Below, one piece after another: positions 26,916 to 36,963 of a stretch of 64,000 bases of DNA (the stretch's first letter is position 1; each line of letters begins with the position of its first letter). The DNA is from an uncultured Methanosarcinales archaeon. Lineage in GTDB: Archaea > Nanobdellota > Nanobdellia > Woesearchaeales > DATDXC01. Location of the stretch: the NCBI GenBank assembly GCA_964510025.1, contig CAZDZV010000006.1, positions 11,143 through 75,142 on the forward strand, written 5' to 3'. A program made the position numbers and the translations under genes. The notes beneath the pieces were generated by a model. It did not search any database, had not been told where the DNA came from, and saw nothing but the letters and a program-made list of their open reading frames with translations.

Positions 26916-27667
26916 ATATCTGTTTTTCAACGCTCGCATTGGGAAAAAAGTACCAAGAAATGGCCAAGACCCTTGCCGCTGATATCAAAAAATTCAATCC
27001 AAAAATGAAGATAATTATTTTATCAGACGATACTAAGGTCTTTGAAGATATGGACAATGTGATGGCGATACATCATTGCCAGCAGGGAGTGATGTTCCCT
27101 TACCATGATAAAAGATTTGTTGTAGCTGAAGCGTTGAGACGATTTGACGCTACATTATTTGTAGATGCTGACAGCAGGTTGAACTCGTATGTTGATATAT
27201 CGGGCATATCAAGAGAGGATATATACTGTAACCAGACTGAAAATCTGATAGCTCACATTAAGAAATACAACCCAGATCGTTTATACCATGTAAACAAGAT
27301 AGCCAAGAAAATGTCAATTAATCCCGATAAGGTAACTTATATGGGAGAATCTTTTTTTTTTATCGGAACAAAAAAGATTCAGGATTTTATCTATTATTGG
27401 GGCAAGATAGTAGGATATTTGGAAATTCACAGGATTGTTGCAGGAGCAGGCATTTCGATGGGACTCGCTGCACATAAGGCAGGTATCAAAATATGTGAAT
27501 CAGACAGGTTGCTTACCGCTTCAAGATCCTTTGAACATATCAATATTGCCAAAAAAAAGAGTAAGCAGTCTCTTTACGAATCATTTAAGAACAGGTTCCT
27601 TTACCACTATAGGCTTAATAAAGCTAGGATAAAAGCTATATCAGATTTTGATTTTTACTACAGATAA
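26912..27667 (+). CDS. putative GT-A-fold glycosyltransferase
   Basis: 251 aa. GTG start in a GTGA overlap. LFVDADSRL (DxD). Contains a T10 run at 27352-27361. Tentative. Confidence 0.3.
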   Translation: MNICFSTLALGKKYQEMAKTLAADIKKFNPKMKIIILSDDTKVFEDMDNVMAIHHCQQGVMFPYHDKRFVVAEALRRFDATLFVDADSRLNSYVDISGISREDIYCNQTENLIAHIKKYNPDRLYHVNKIAKKMSINPDKVTYMGESFFFIGTKKIQDFIYYWGKIVGYLEIHRIVAGAGISMGLAAHKAGIKICESDRLLTASRSFEHINIAKKKSKQSLYESFKNRFLYHYRLNKARIKAISDFDFYYR

Positions 27668-27668
27668 T

Positions 27669-28598
27669 ATGAATGAACCTAAGCCTTTTCTCTCAATCGT
27701 GACACCAACATTGGGAAGATTTTCAGAATATTGGCTAGAATCATTGCTGTCAATTGAAGGGGATGTTGAGTTTATCTTGGCATATCCACCACATTCCGAT
27801 ACCCTTACGATAAACGACCTTAGACTAAAGGTCATTATTAGCGATTTTATTGGGGAGGTCATGCAAAGAGCAGCTGGATTAAGGCATGCGAAAGGAAAAT
27901 ATGTTTTAGCATTGGATGACGATGATTATGTGCACCCCAATATAGTTGAATTGGCTAAGGATTATTTTGATAAATATCCCGGAAGCTGGCTTTTTAGGTT
28001 GCAGAAACATGGTATCGATTACAAGAATATGCAGGATATTCGAGCCCCGTGGAAACCTGTCAAAAAAGTCGAGAAGATGAAGCTCTTAGAAATACCCATT
28101 GCTCCCCTAAGAAAAAGGTTTGAACCGATGGCTTTATGGCCCCAGTATAGAAGAAAAGACCATCATGGCATTCATTCAGAAAATTTCGTAGATAGGATAT
28201 GGAGAAACGATTTGGTACAGCCTGCAGTAGATGATTTTTTTGACTGTTTGAAAATTTTTGGACAGGTCAGATATATCCCCCCGAAAAATTCATATGGATT
28301 TGACAGAGTTATGTCCCTTTTTCTGCAGGCCAAATACTTTGAGCCTGGAATAAAAATAGGGCATTGGATTAAAGATTCAGAAGCACAGATAAGAAAAGTA
28401 CATATGCCAAATGAGTTAAAGCCTGCTAGATTCCACTTTCTTTCCCATTTAGTTTTAGTGAAGAAATTTCCCCGATACGGCTACCTTTGGAACTTATTTT
28501 TTGAGACATTTTGGGATATACCCCGAAAAATTGGGAAGGCATTAAAGATCAGACAGCGGCAGAATCATAAACTGGGTAAGACGATTAAAATGAGGTAG
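27669..28598 (+). CDS. GT2-like glycosyltransferase
   Basis: ATG 27669 lies 1 nt after the previous stop; the ORF track starts at TTG 27648. LSIVTPTLGR ... VLALDDDDYV. Confidence 0.45.
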   Translation: MNEPKPFLSIVTPTLGRFSEYWLESLLSIEGDVEFILAYPPHSDTLTINDLRLKVIISDFIGEVMQRAAGLRHAKGKYVLALDDDDYVHPNIVELAKDYFDKYPGSWLFRLQKHGIDYKNMQDIRAPWKPVKKVEKMKLLEIPIAPLRKRFEPMALWPQYRRKDHHGIHSENFVDRIWRNDLVQPAVDDFFDCLKIFGQVRYIPPKNSYGFDRVMSLFLQAKYFEPGIKIGHWIKDSEAQIRKVHMPNELKPARFHFLSHLVLVKKFPRYGYLWNLFFETFWDIPRKIGKALKIRQRQNHKLGKTIKMR

Positions 28599-28612
28599 TC
28601 TGCAAGAAGAAA

Positions 28613-29476
28613 TTGGCTAACGAAACATATATTTCCGTGATTGTCCCCGTATATAACGGAGAGAAGACCATTGAGAGATGTTTATGCTCACTTGCAAATC
28701 AGCGCTATCCTAAAAAAAGATATGAAGTGATAATAGTCGACAATAATTCCACTGATGATACAAAAAAAATAATTGAGAAATATCCAGCTAAATATTTGTG
28801 TGAAAAAAAAAGAGGTTCTTATGCTGCAAGAAATAAAGGTATTAGATATGCTAAAGGCAGAATCTTGGCATTTACTGATGCAGACTGCATGGCTCATGTG
28901 AATTGGATAGCAGATGCTGTTAGGGAATTTTCAGACAAAAAAACCGGATGCGTCGCCGGAAGGATAGGTGCAGGTCAAAGAAATAGCCATATAGAAAGGT
29001 ATATTGCTAAAAAGAAGCTGCTTATACAAAAGAAAGAACCATGCGGTCTGCCGCTCCCCTATGCAAAGACAGCAAACGCTTTTTATAGAAAAGAAGTTTT
29101 TGACAAGATAGGATTGTTTGAAGAATGGATTTCCGGAGGAGATGCTGATCTCTGCTGGAGGATGCAGAAGAAAACAGAATATGGGCTGAAGTTTTCGCGT
29201 GCGCTAGTTATACATAAACATAGGACCTCAACAGCAGGATTGTTTAAGCAGTGCTTTAAGTGGGGTATAGGCAATGCCTTCTTGAAAAAAAAATACCGAG
29301 AAATGCCGCAAATATCATTTAGGGGCCGTTTGTGGATTATTTGCCGGATCCTCTTCGGTTTGCCCATGCTTTTTTATCTGATCCTAAAAAAGGACTCATC
29401 TGACAGATTATTTGATAGGCTAGCATTTATTGGATGGCATTTAGGAATGTTTATCGGATTTATAAAAAAAAGATGA
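28613..29476 (+). CDS. GT2 glycosyltransferase (paralog of 24185..25051)
   Basis: ISVIVPVYNGEKTIERCLCSLANQRYPKKRYEVIIVDNNSTDDT ... AFTDADCMA. TTG start. Confidence 0.85.
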   Translation: MANETYISVIVPVYNGEKTIERCLCSLANQRYPKKRYEVIIVDNNSTDDTKKIIEKYPAKYLCEKKRGSYAARNKGIRYAKGRILAFTDADCMAHVNWIADAVREFSDKKTGCVAGRIGAGQRNSHIERYIAKKKLLIQKKEPCGLPLPYAKTANAFYRKEVFDKIGLFEEWISGGDADLCWRMQKKTEYGLKFSRALVIHKHRTSTAGLFKQCFKWGIGNAFLKKKYREMPQISFRGRLWIICRILFGLPMLFYLILKKDSSDRLFDRLAFIGWHLGMFIGFIKKR

Positions 29477-30303
29477 AAGGTCCAGATTTCATTGTCTTAG
29501 GAGCGGCAAAAGCAGGAACTACCTCTCTTTATCATTACTTAAAGCAGCATCCGGCAATTTTTATTCCAAGTAAAAAGGAATTAAGATTTTTTACTAACAG
29601 GACAGCTGATATTGACGAATATCTGAGGTTTTTCGTGGAGAAATCTGATAAAGTAGCCGGGGAAGTTTCAAGTGATTACTTGTATTCCGGACCCGATACT
29701 GCTAAAAGGATAAAGAAATATTTTCCAGGTGTAAAGCTTATAGCTATACTGCGAAATCCTATTGATAGGGCATATTCAGAATATTGTATGGATCTAAGAC
29801 TTGGAAAAGTCACAGGAAGTTTTGCTGATGAGTTGGGGGGGAAATTCAAAACAAGGTATCTTAATCAGGGATTTTATCATAAGCAGATAAAAAGATATTT
29901 AAAAATATTTGATGAGAAACAATTTAGGGTTTGGCTTTATGATGACCTGTGCCAGGATCCTATGAAGCTATTACAGGAAATTTTTAAATATATCCGTGTA
30001 GATACTAACTTTATACCCAATATCAAAATAAAACATAATAAAGGGGCTGTACCAAAAAATATTTTTGTTCAGGTTTTAGTCCAAAGACCTAATATATTAA
30101 GAAAAGTATTTAGAAATTTTTCAGCACTATTTTTTCCTTTACATATTAGACAAAGAATTCGTAATAGTATAATAAATCACAATTTAAGGAAAATTCTTCC
30201 TATGGATTCAGACATAAGAAGGTCTTTATTAGAGTTTTATAGATCTGACATAATTAAGTTACAGACCCTAATGAATCGTGATTTGTCTTCATGGTTGCGC
30301 TAA
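29473..30303 (+). CDS. sulfotransferase (Sulfotransfer_1-like; 2 of 3)
   Basis: ATG 29473 in an ATGA overlap gives MKGPDFIVLGAAKAGTTSLYHYLKQHP (5'-PSB loop). RNPIDRAYSEY is the 3'-PB region. Confidence 0.8.
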   Translation: MKGPDFIVLGAAKAGTTSLYHYLKQHPAIFIPSKKELRFFTNRTADIDEYLRFFVEKSDKVAGEVSSDYLYSGPDTAKRIKKYFPGVKLIAILRNPIDRAYSEYCMDLRLGKVTGSFADELGGKFKTRYLNQGFYHKQIKRYLKIFDEKQFRVWLYDDLCQDPMKLLQEIFKYIRVDTNFIPNIKIKHNKGAVPKNIFVQVLVQRPNILRKVFRNFSALFFPLHIRQRIRNSIINHNLRKILPMDSDIRRSLLEFYRSDIIKLQTLMNRDLSSWLR

Positions 30304-30309
30304 CATAAT

Positions 30310-31218
30310 ATGCAAATCCAAATATCTGCCATAGTATGTACATATAACAGAAGCAATTATCTTAAGAGAACTTTGAAAAGCTTGATTAAACAGAGTTTAG
30401 ATAACCAGGTGTATGAAATAATTGTGGTAGATAACGCATCAACAGATAATACTAAGAAGATGGTTTCAGAATATTCAAGAATTAATTTTAAATACAGCTA
30501 TGAGAGCAAATTGGCTTTATCTATTGCTAGAAATACAGGTTTAGAAAAAGCAAAAGGTAAATATGTTGCATATATCGACGATGATGCAATAGCTGATGAA
30601 TATTGGTTACAGAATATTCTAAGTTCTTTTAAAAAAGAGAAGAATGTTGGCTGTATCGGAGGGAGGGTAAAACCAATTTGGGAAAGCAAAAAACCAGTAT
30701 GGTTGGATTACAACCTATACCCTTTTCTCAGCTTGCTGGATAAGGGAAAGAAAAGATATATCTTTTCGGAATCTGAGTGGTTCTCCGGGACCAATATGGC
30801 TTTCAGAAAGGATTTGTTAAGAAAAATAGGGGGGTTTCCCGTACATCTCGGTAGAAAAGGCAATTATCTTTTGTCCGGGGAAGAGGTTTATGTCAAGCAG
30901 AAAATCGAGAACCTAGGCTACTTAGCCCTCTATAATCCAGAAGCTCTTGTGCATCACAGTATACCTGGCAGTAGGCTTGCAAAGCAGTGGTTTATTGGAA
31001 GGTTGTTTTGGCAAGGCGTTACCAATGCCGTAATGGAGCCAAAAAAACCTTTTTTGCACCAGCTAAGATCGGGAATCGCTATGTCCCTGCCCGTTTTCTT
31101 CAACCTAGATTCACTTTCTGCCTTGTTCGACAGTTCAGATGATCCAAAGCTTTTCTATGAGAAATGCAGGGTGATTGGCAGATTTGGCTATAGCATGAAG
31201 ATGCTAAGATTGATATGA
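30310..31218 (+). CDS. GT2 glycosyltransferase
   Basis: ISAIVCTYNRSNYLKRTLKSLIKQS...YEIIVVDNASTDNT...YIDDDAIA. Confidence 0.85.
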   Translation: MQIQISAIVCTYNRSNYLKRTLKSLIKQSLDNQVYEIIVVDNASTDNTKKMVSEYSRINFKYSYESKLALSIARNTGLEKAKGKYVAYIDDDAIADEYWLQNILSSFKKEKNVGCIGGRVKPIWESKKPVWLDYNLYPFLSLLDKGKKRYIFSESEWFSGTNMAFRKDLLRKIGGFPVHLGRKGNYLLSGEEVYVKQKIENLGYLALYNPEALVHHSIPGSRLAKQWFIGRLFWQGVTNAVMEPKKPFLHQLRSGIAMSLPVFFNLDSLSALFDSSDDPKLFYEKCRVIGRFGYSMKMLRLI

Positions 31219-32231
31219 AAATCGCGTATCTATCAGACAACTGGCCATGGTTTGGTAGATATAGCTCATATTCTCGATTAATTCACTATATTAAGAAGCT
31301 TTCAGATGTTGATGTTGTAGAGACAAAATACACTTTACCCAGGAAGGTCATGGGAAAGATTTATTCTACTGTCCAGGGCGTCGGCAGAAAAGACTCAGTG
31401 TTTGCTGCATCTGAATTTCTGTTCAGGAAAAAAATAAACAGGGGACTGGCCCATGTCCTGTATTACGATACGCATTATCCGATGTGGAAAAAAGAGCTGA
31501 AAAATGTTGTTACCACCATACATCATCCGCCAGACAGGATGCTTCCGGCCCTTATGAAGATGAATCTTAGAAATGTTTCCAAAGCCATCGTACTATCTAG
31601 AAAAAATATTGAATTCTACAAAGAAGCTGTGGGTGAAAATAATGTTGTATTCATCCCTCATGGTGTAGACACTGAATTTTTCAGCCCTGCTGAAACCTGC
31701 GATGAACAAAGAATGCTTTTCGTAGGTCAAAATGGAAGGAATACTGTAATGTTTTCAAAAGTTGTAAAAAAATTGCTCAGACATAATCCTGATTTGATAT
31801 TTGATTTGCTAGTAGTAAAAGACAAGAGGACTGTCTCAGGATTGAAAGAACTTAGGCACCTTCCTAATGTTAACTGGCTTTCTACTAAGAGCAGCGAAGA
31901 GCTTAGAGATATTTACCAGAGAAGTTATCTGTTAGTGATGCCAATGGAAAGCTGCTCAGCCAACAACGCTATTGTTGAGTCTTTGGCATGCGGGCTGCCT
32001 GTAGTGACAACTGATGTTGGTGGTATCAGGGATTATGGTGGAGGAACTGTCTATAAGACAGCAGATAATGTTCAGGAGACTGTTGAACTTGTAGAAAAGT
32101 ATTTGGAAGATAGATCATTTCGGGATAAGATCGCAAAAGACTGCAGGTATTTTGCAGTTGAAATTCTGGATTGGAAGAAAATTGCAATATTGCATATGGA
32201 TTTTTACATTCAGATGGCCTATGAAAAATAG
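31215..32231 (+). CDS. GT4 glycosyltransferase
   Basis: LVMPMESCSANNAIVESLACGLPVVTTDVGG. ATGA overlap. Confidence 0.75.
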   Translation: MKIAYLSDNWPWFGRYSSYSRLIHYIKKLSDVDVVETKYTLPRKVMGKIYSTVQGVGRKDSVFAASEFLFRKKINRGLAHVLYYDTHYPMWKKELKNVVTTIHHPPDRMLPALMKMNLRNVSKAIVLSRKNIEFYKEAVGENNVVFIPHGVDTEFFSPAETCDEQRMLFVGQNGRNTVMFSKVVKKLLRHNPDLIFDLLVVKDKRTVSGLKELRHLPNVNWLSTKSSEELRDIYQRSYLLVMPMESCSANNAIVESLACGLPVVTTDVGGIRDYGGGTVYKTADNVQETVELVEKYLEDRSFRDKIAKDCRYFAVEILDWKKIAILHMDFYIQMAYEK

Positions 32232-33129
32232 TCTTGAAAAGAAAAAACCACTGGCGACAGTTATTGTACCCACATACAACCATGCCTGTTTCATCGAAGA
32301 TGCACTGGATAGCCTGCTGAATCAGAGCTATGAAGAAATTCAGATAATTGTCGTGGATGATGGCTCAACAGACCAGACAAGCAAGATTTTGACAAAATAC
32401 AAAAAAGACATTAAATATGTTTATCAAAAGAATTCAGGCCAGGCCGCTGCAATCAAAAAAGGCATAGGGTTGGCAAAAGGCACATATATCTTCATCTTAA
32501 ATGCTGATGATATGTTCATGGCAAATAAGATTGGCAAAGTTGTTTCAGTATTCGAATCCTGCCCGACGGTAACGCATGTCTCGCATCCTGTCCTGGAATG
32601 GGATGGAACATCTAGAAAAATAGAGCCTATACCCAGCCAGATATTGAATAAAGTAATCGATGGAAAAAGACTGTTAGAGTATTTTTACCTGAACAGGTTC
32701 TACGGCGGTGGATCTACCGTAGCTGGCAGAGCATCTATCTGGAAAGAAATCCATATTCCAAGGCAGGTTGATATGTTCATTGATGAATATCTGGCCATCT
32801 CATCTTTAAGAACCGGTTCAGGCTATTTTATAGGTACACCCCTCTCCATATACCGGATTCATGATTCCAACTATTCCAGAATCCCAATAGCCAGGAAGGC
32901 TCTAAGAAATATGAAGGCAAATAAGGCCATACTGGATCAGCTGGACGGTGAGATAAAAATAATGTATGAACTAAAAACAAGGATAGCATATCTGAAATAT
33001 AAGGAGATTATATGCAAAAAAGAGCTCGCGGATGTGATCTCTTTGTGGCAATTTCTATTTAGGCATAAGAGCCTGATGAGATGGAAGACAATCAAAAATT
33101 ATCGGATCCTGCATAGAACAGTCCTATGA
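32221..33129 (+). CDS. GT2 glycosyltransferase
   Basis: ATG 32221; the ORF track start at 32152 is over-extended. LATVIVPTYNHACFIEDALDSLLNQSYEEIQIIVVDDGSTDQT ... ILNADDMF. Confidence 0.85.
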   Translation: MKNSLEKKKPLATVIVPTYNHACFIEDALDSLLNQSYEEIQIIVVDDGSTDQTSKILTKYKKDIKYVYQKNSGQAAAIKKGIGLAKGTYIFILNADDMFMANKIGKVVSVFESCPTVTHVSHPVLEWDGTSRKIEPIPSQILNKVIDGKRLLEYFYLNRFYGGGSTVAGRASIWKEIHIPRQVDMFIDEYLAISSLRTGSGYFIGTPLSIYRIHDSNYSRIPIARKALRNMKANKAILDQLDGEIKIMYELKTRIAYLKYKEIICKKELADVISLWQFLFRHKSLMRWKTIKNYRILHRTVL

Positions 33130-34034
33130 AAACCAGTGTAATCATCCCTAGCTATAGAAGACCGGCATGCCTGCAAAAATGCTTAAACGCATTGGAGAAC
33201 CAGTCAGTTGCGCCGGAAGAAATAATTGTGGTTCTCAGAAAAAATGATATAGAGACTGTCAGCATGGTAAAAAGAGAGAATTGCAGGGCTATTTATGTAA
33301 ATAGTCCTGGGCAGGTAGCTGCACTCAACACTGGATTAGATAATGCCTTAGGCGACATAATAGCGATTACAGACGATGATGCTGTACCCCACAAGGATTG
33401 GATTAAACTGATTGAAAGGCACTTTAGAAATGACAATGATTTGGCTGGACTCGGGGGGAAGGACAATCTTTACATCGATTACAGGTTGTTGAGGGGTAAA
33501 AAAAGGCTGGTTGGAAAGATCCGATGGTTTGGAAGCATAGTGGGAAATCACCATCTGGGATACGGGCGACCCAGGGAGGTGGACCATCTTAAAGGCGTCA
33601 ATATGAGTTTCCGCAAGGAAGCTATCAAAGATTTACGCTTCGATAAGCGGTTAAGGGGGCTGGGTGCCCAGGTTAGAAATGACACTGCCTTCTGCTTACA
33701 GCTCAAGAGAAAAGGCGCCAAGCTGGTATATGACCCAGAAGTTGTCGCTGACCATTTTCAGGCACCTAGATTTGAGAGGGATAAACGTGGAAATTTTGAC
33801 TATAGTGCTGTATTAGACGGTGCTTTTAACGAGACTCTTGTTCTATTAGAGTACCTCCCTTTCTTTGGAAAGATCTGCCACCTTTTTTTTGCCTTACTTA
33901 CGGGGAATATCTTCACCCCGGGCCTGATCCAGTTCATCCGAATCCTGCCAAGAGAAAAAAAAGATGCTGTTCATAGGTTTTTGGCTTCTTTGGAAGGCAG
34001 AAAGAAAGCCATTCTATTAACATGGATAAAGTAG
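33126..34034 (+). CDS. GT2 glycosyltransferase
   Basis: TSVIIPSYRRPACLQKCLNALENQS ... ITDDDAVP. Confidence 0.8.
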   Translation: MKTSVIIPSYRRPACLQKCLNALENQSVAPEEIIVVLRKNDIETVSMVKRENCRAIYVNSPGQVAALNTGLDNALGDIIAITDDDAVPHKDWIKLIERHFRNDNDLAGLGGKDNLYIDYRLLRGKKRLVGKIRWFGSIVGNHHLGYGRPREVDHLKGVNMSFRKEAIKDLRFDKRLRGLGAQVRNDTAFCLQLKRKGAKLVYDPEVVADHFQAPRFERDKRGNFDYSAVLDGAFNETLVLLEYLPFFGKICHLFFALLTGNIFTPGLIQFIRILPREKKDAVHRFLASLEGRKKAILLTWIK

Positions 34035-35155
34035 CTTTCATAGTCAGCCACCCGATCCAGTATTTCTCTCCGCTATTTAGATTACTATCGAAAAAAATGG
34101 ACCTTACGGTCATTTATCTATCAGATGAAACATTGAAGACTTTCATGGATAAAGAATTTTCAGCAGCGATTAAGTGGGATATTCCTTTGTTAAAAGGGTA
34201 TAGGTACAAATTACTAAAAAATAATTCACCTGTCCATTCTGTTTCCAGGCCACCTTTTGGTTTATTAAATCTTGGGATTCTAAATGAGATAACCAATAAA
34301 AAATATGATTGCATAATAGTCCATGGGTGGCATTATGTAAGCCATTGGTTAGTCTACATCCTATGTATCCTTAGGCAGCTGCCTTTCTATATTAGGTCTG
34401 AATCTCCCCTAAACCAGGAAAAAACAAAGCCTGATTGGAAGATTTACATCAAAAAAATTTTACTTGGATATTTATTTCGTAGGGCAGCTGGTCTTCTGGC
34501 GATTGGAACTCAAAACAGGAGATTCTATGGGTTCTATGGGGTAGAAAATAAAAAAATCTTTTATGCACCTTATTCTGTCGATAATGATAGGCTTATGCCA
34601 AAAAAACGTAAAACTAAAAAAGACAAAATAGTAATCTTGTTTGTTGGGAAGCTTATAGAGAAAAAAAGGCCTATGGATCTGTTGCAGGCCTTTGAAAGGA
34701 TAAGTTATGAAACAAAAGCCCTGTATTTTGTAGGCGAAGGAAAAATGAAGAGACAGCTGCAAAAATATACGAAAAAAAATCATCTAAAAAACGTATTTTT
34801 CCCTGGATTTGTAAATCAGACAGCCCTCCCAGACTATTATAATATGGCGGATATATTTGTGCTTCCGTCTGGAATAGGAGAAACCTGGGGGCTGGTAGTA
34901 AACGAAGCAATGTGTTTTGGCCTCCCAGTTATAGTATCGGATATTTCAGGATGCAGCACAGATTTGGTAAAACAAGGCAAAAATGGCTACATATTTAAAA
35001 CAGGAGATATAGGACAATTGTCACGATATTTGAACATGCTTATAAAAAATAAGAAACTAAGAAACCAGATGGGATCTAGGTCTCTCAAAATCATAGGTCA
35101 ATTTAGCTGCAAAGCAGCAGCCGAAGGGATTGCTAAGGCTGTCAAGAGAAAATGA
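34022..35155 (+). CDS. GT4 glycosyltransferase
   Basis: FVLPSGIGETWGLVVNEAMCFGLPVIVSDISG. Confidence 0.8.
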   Translation: MDKVAFIVSHPIQYFSPLFRLLSKKMDLTVIYLSDETLKTFMDKEFSAAIKWDIPLLKGYRYKLLKNNSPVHSVSRPPFGLLNLGILNEITNKKYDCIIVHGWHYVSHWLVYILCILRQLPFYIRSESPLNQEKTKPDWKIYIKKILLGYLFRRAAGLLAIGTQNRRFYGFYGVENKKIFYAPYSVDNDRLMPKKRKTKKDKIVILFVGKLIEKKRPMDLLQAFERISYETKALYFVGEGKMKRQLQKYTKKNHLKNVFFPGFVNQTALPDYYNMADIFVLPSGIGETWGLVVNEAMCFGLPVIVSDISGCSTDLVKQGKNGYIFKTGDIGQLSRYLNMLIKNKKLRNQMGSRSLKIIGQFSCKAAAEGIAKAVKRK

Positions 35156-36963
35156 AGCCATTTTTAAAAATAAGGAAAATTTTAGGACTTTTCAGAAAAC
35201 TCGAAATCCGCTTAGTTTACTTTGCGATCCCTATAGTTCTTTCGTTTCTAATAGCATTTTTTGAAGGCCTAAGCATCGGACTGCTAATACCCTTGGCTAA
35301 AGGGATTGTGGAGATGGAATTCAGTTTTGTGAGAAACCTTCCTTTTTTTAAGACAATCAATGACCTTTTCCCCCAGTTGCTAGCGCATAATAGGGCGATC
35401 TTTGTGACTCTTGTACTGATCATATTCATCTCAGCAGTCTTAAAAAATGTCTTCACCTATCTATCTTCCGTCATAGTAAGATATCAAATACGGCAAGCTG
35501 CGCATAAAGCAAGAAAGCACATATTCAATAGATATCTAAGTTTTGGCAAGCTTTTTTATGACAGGAATAATGAGGGCCATCTGCAAAGCATACTGCTCAG
35601 CTATACAAACTCGATCATAGGTCAGCTAGGCTCTATCTCCCACCTCATGAACGGCTCCGCTATGCTTCTTGTGTATTTTATTATGATGTTTTCCATATCC
35701 TGGAGATTGACTGTATTCATTCTGCTGATATTTCCGGTCCTGAACCTATCACTGAAATATCTGATTGCGAAGATAAAGAAAACCTCAAAGTTCTCGGCAG
35801 ATGCTAGGAAGAGGATGAACAGGGCAGTCTTCAACGTGCTTTCGTCTATACCGATTATAAAGGCATATACGAAAGAGGAGGAGGAAAAGAAGAACTTTGA
35901 CAAAATGAGCGAAGAAATGTCAAAATGGGACTTCAGTATGGATAAAAAATACGACCTGATAGGGCCAATGCAGGAAGTTATAACCTTGATAGCAGTACTG
36001 TTGGTAATCTCAGCCATGGCCTTCTTGTTTATAAAAACTAAGACAGGTGATATCTACGGGTTTGCCGTATTTTTTTATCTGTTGAAGAAATCCATGGGCA
36101 CGTTTGGTATCTTTAACAGCTTCAAGGGATCATTGGCAAAAGCCTCCGGACAGGTGCAAGAAATAATGCATATTCTCAGTGAGAAGAATAAGCATTATGT
36201 AAAAGGAGGAAGAAAAGAATTCAATGGATTGGAATCAGAGATTAAGCTGAGTAGGCTAAGCTTCCATTATGACTCAAAAGTTCCCATAATCAAGGACATA
36301 TCCTTCTCTATCAGAAAAGGAAAGATGACGGCTATTGTAGGGCCAACTGGCTCAGGTAAGACAACAATAATCAATCTTCTTCTGAGATTTTATGAATGCC
36401 CTGAAGGTTCTATATTTGTAGATGGGCGGGATATCAAGGAGTTCACGTTAAAATCGATAAGAAAGCATATGGCCCTTGTCAGCCAGGATACTATGCTTTT
36501 CAATGATACATTGAGAAAAAATATGACCTACGGAATAGACAGACAGGTGTCTCAGCAGGAGTTGGCTAGGATAGCAAAAAAGGCCCGGATCTATGACTAC
36601 ATCAAGAAGCTTCCGCGTGGCTTTGAAACGGTTATAGGTGATAGGGGAGTGCAGCTTTCTGGAGGTGAAAAGCAGAGGATATCGATTGCAAGAGCCCTCT
36701 TGAAGAACGCCGATATATTGATACTAGATGAAGCCACAAGCTCCCTGGACTCCAGAACAGAAAAGCTCATTCAGGAAGCTATCTACGAAGCTGTGAAGGG
36801 GAGAACCTCTATAGTCATCGCACACCGGCTTTCGACTATAAAGAACGCTGACAAGATTATCATCATTGAGAAAGGCAAGATAATTGAAAAAGGAAAACCC
36901 AAGGAACTGCTTGGAAAAAAAGGCAGATTCTATCAATATTGGCAGGAGCAGAAGTTTGAATAA
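35152..36963 (+). CDS. ABC exporter, fused permease/ATPase (MsbA-type)
   Basis: 603 aa with six N-terminal TM helices. Walker A GPTGSGKTT, signature LSGGEKQRISIARAL, Walker B ILILDEATSSLD and H-loop IVIAHRLST. Confidence 0.9.
   Translation: MKPFLKIRKILGLFRKLEIRLVYFAIPIVLSFLIAFFEGLSIGLLIPLAKGIVEMEFSFVRNLPFFKTINDLFPQLLAHNRAIFVTLVLIIFISAVLKNVFTYLSSVIVRYQIRQAAHKARKHIFNRYLSFGKLFYDRNNEGHLQSILLSYTNSIIGQLGSISHLMNGSAMLLVYFIMMFSISWRLTVFILLIFPVLNLSLKYLIAKIKKTSKFSADARKRMNRAVFNVLSSIPIIKAYTKEEEEKKNFDKMSEEMSKWDFSMDKKYDLIGPMQEVITLIAVLLVISAMAFLFIKTKTGDIYGFAVFFYLLKKSMGTFGIFNSFKGSLAKASGQVQEIMHILSEKNKHYVKGGRKEFNGLESEIKLSRLSFHYDSKVPIIKDISFSIRKGKMTAIVGPTGSGKTTIINLLLRFYECPEGSIFVDGRDIKEFTLKSIRKHMALVSQDTMLFNDTLRKNMTYGIDRQVSQQELARIAKKARIYDYIKKLPRGFETVIGDRGVQLSGGEKQRISIARALLKNADILILDEATSSLDSRTEKLIQEAIYEAVKGRTSIVIAHRLSTIKNADKIIIIEKGKIIEKGKPKELLGKKGRFYQYWQEQKFE

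Noticed and set aside
27352-27361. Homopolymer tracts in glycan genes as slipped-strand phase-variation switches: T10 at 27352-27361, A9 at 28803-28811 and 29285-29293, and several A8/T8 runs.
   Set aside because: Comparable A/T8-9 runs occur in housekeeping genes of the same window: T8 in aIF5B at 12583-12590, T8 in herA at 63634-63641, and T9 in the wHTH gene at 46371-46379. They are best explained by base composition and Lys/Phe codons. Only read-level length heterogeneity could revive the idea.
36884-36955. Over-extended ORF-track starts that create long overlaps: 36884, 23547, 32152, 29434, 27648, 50915, 16019, 13026 and 56496.
   Set aside because: The track takes the most upstream ATG/GTG/TTG. 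In each case a downstream start gives a canonical family N-terminus and the short ATGA-type junction typical of this locus, so I re-set the coordinates.
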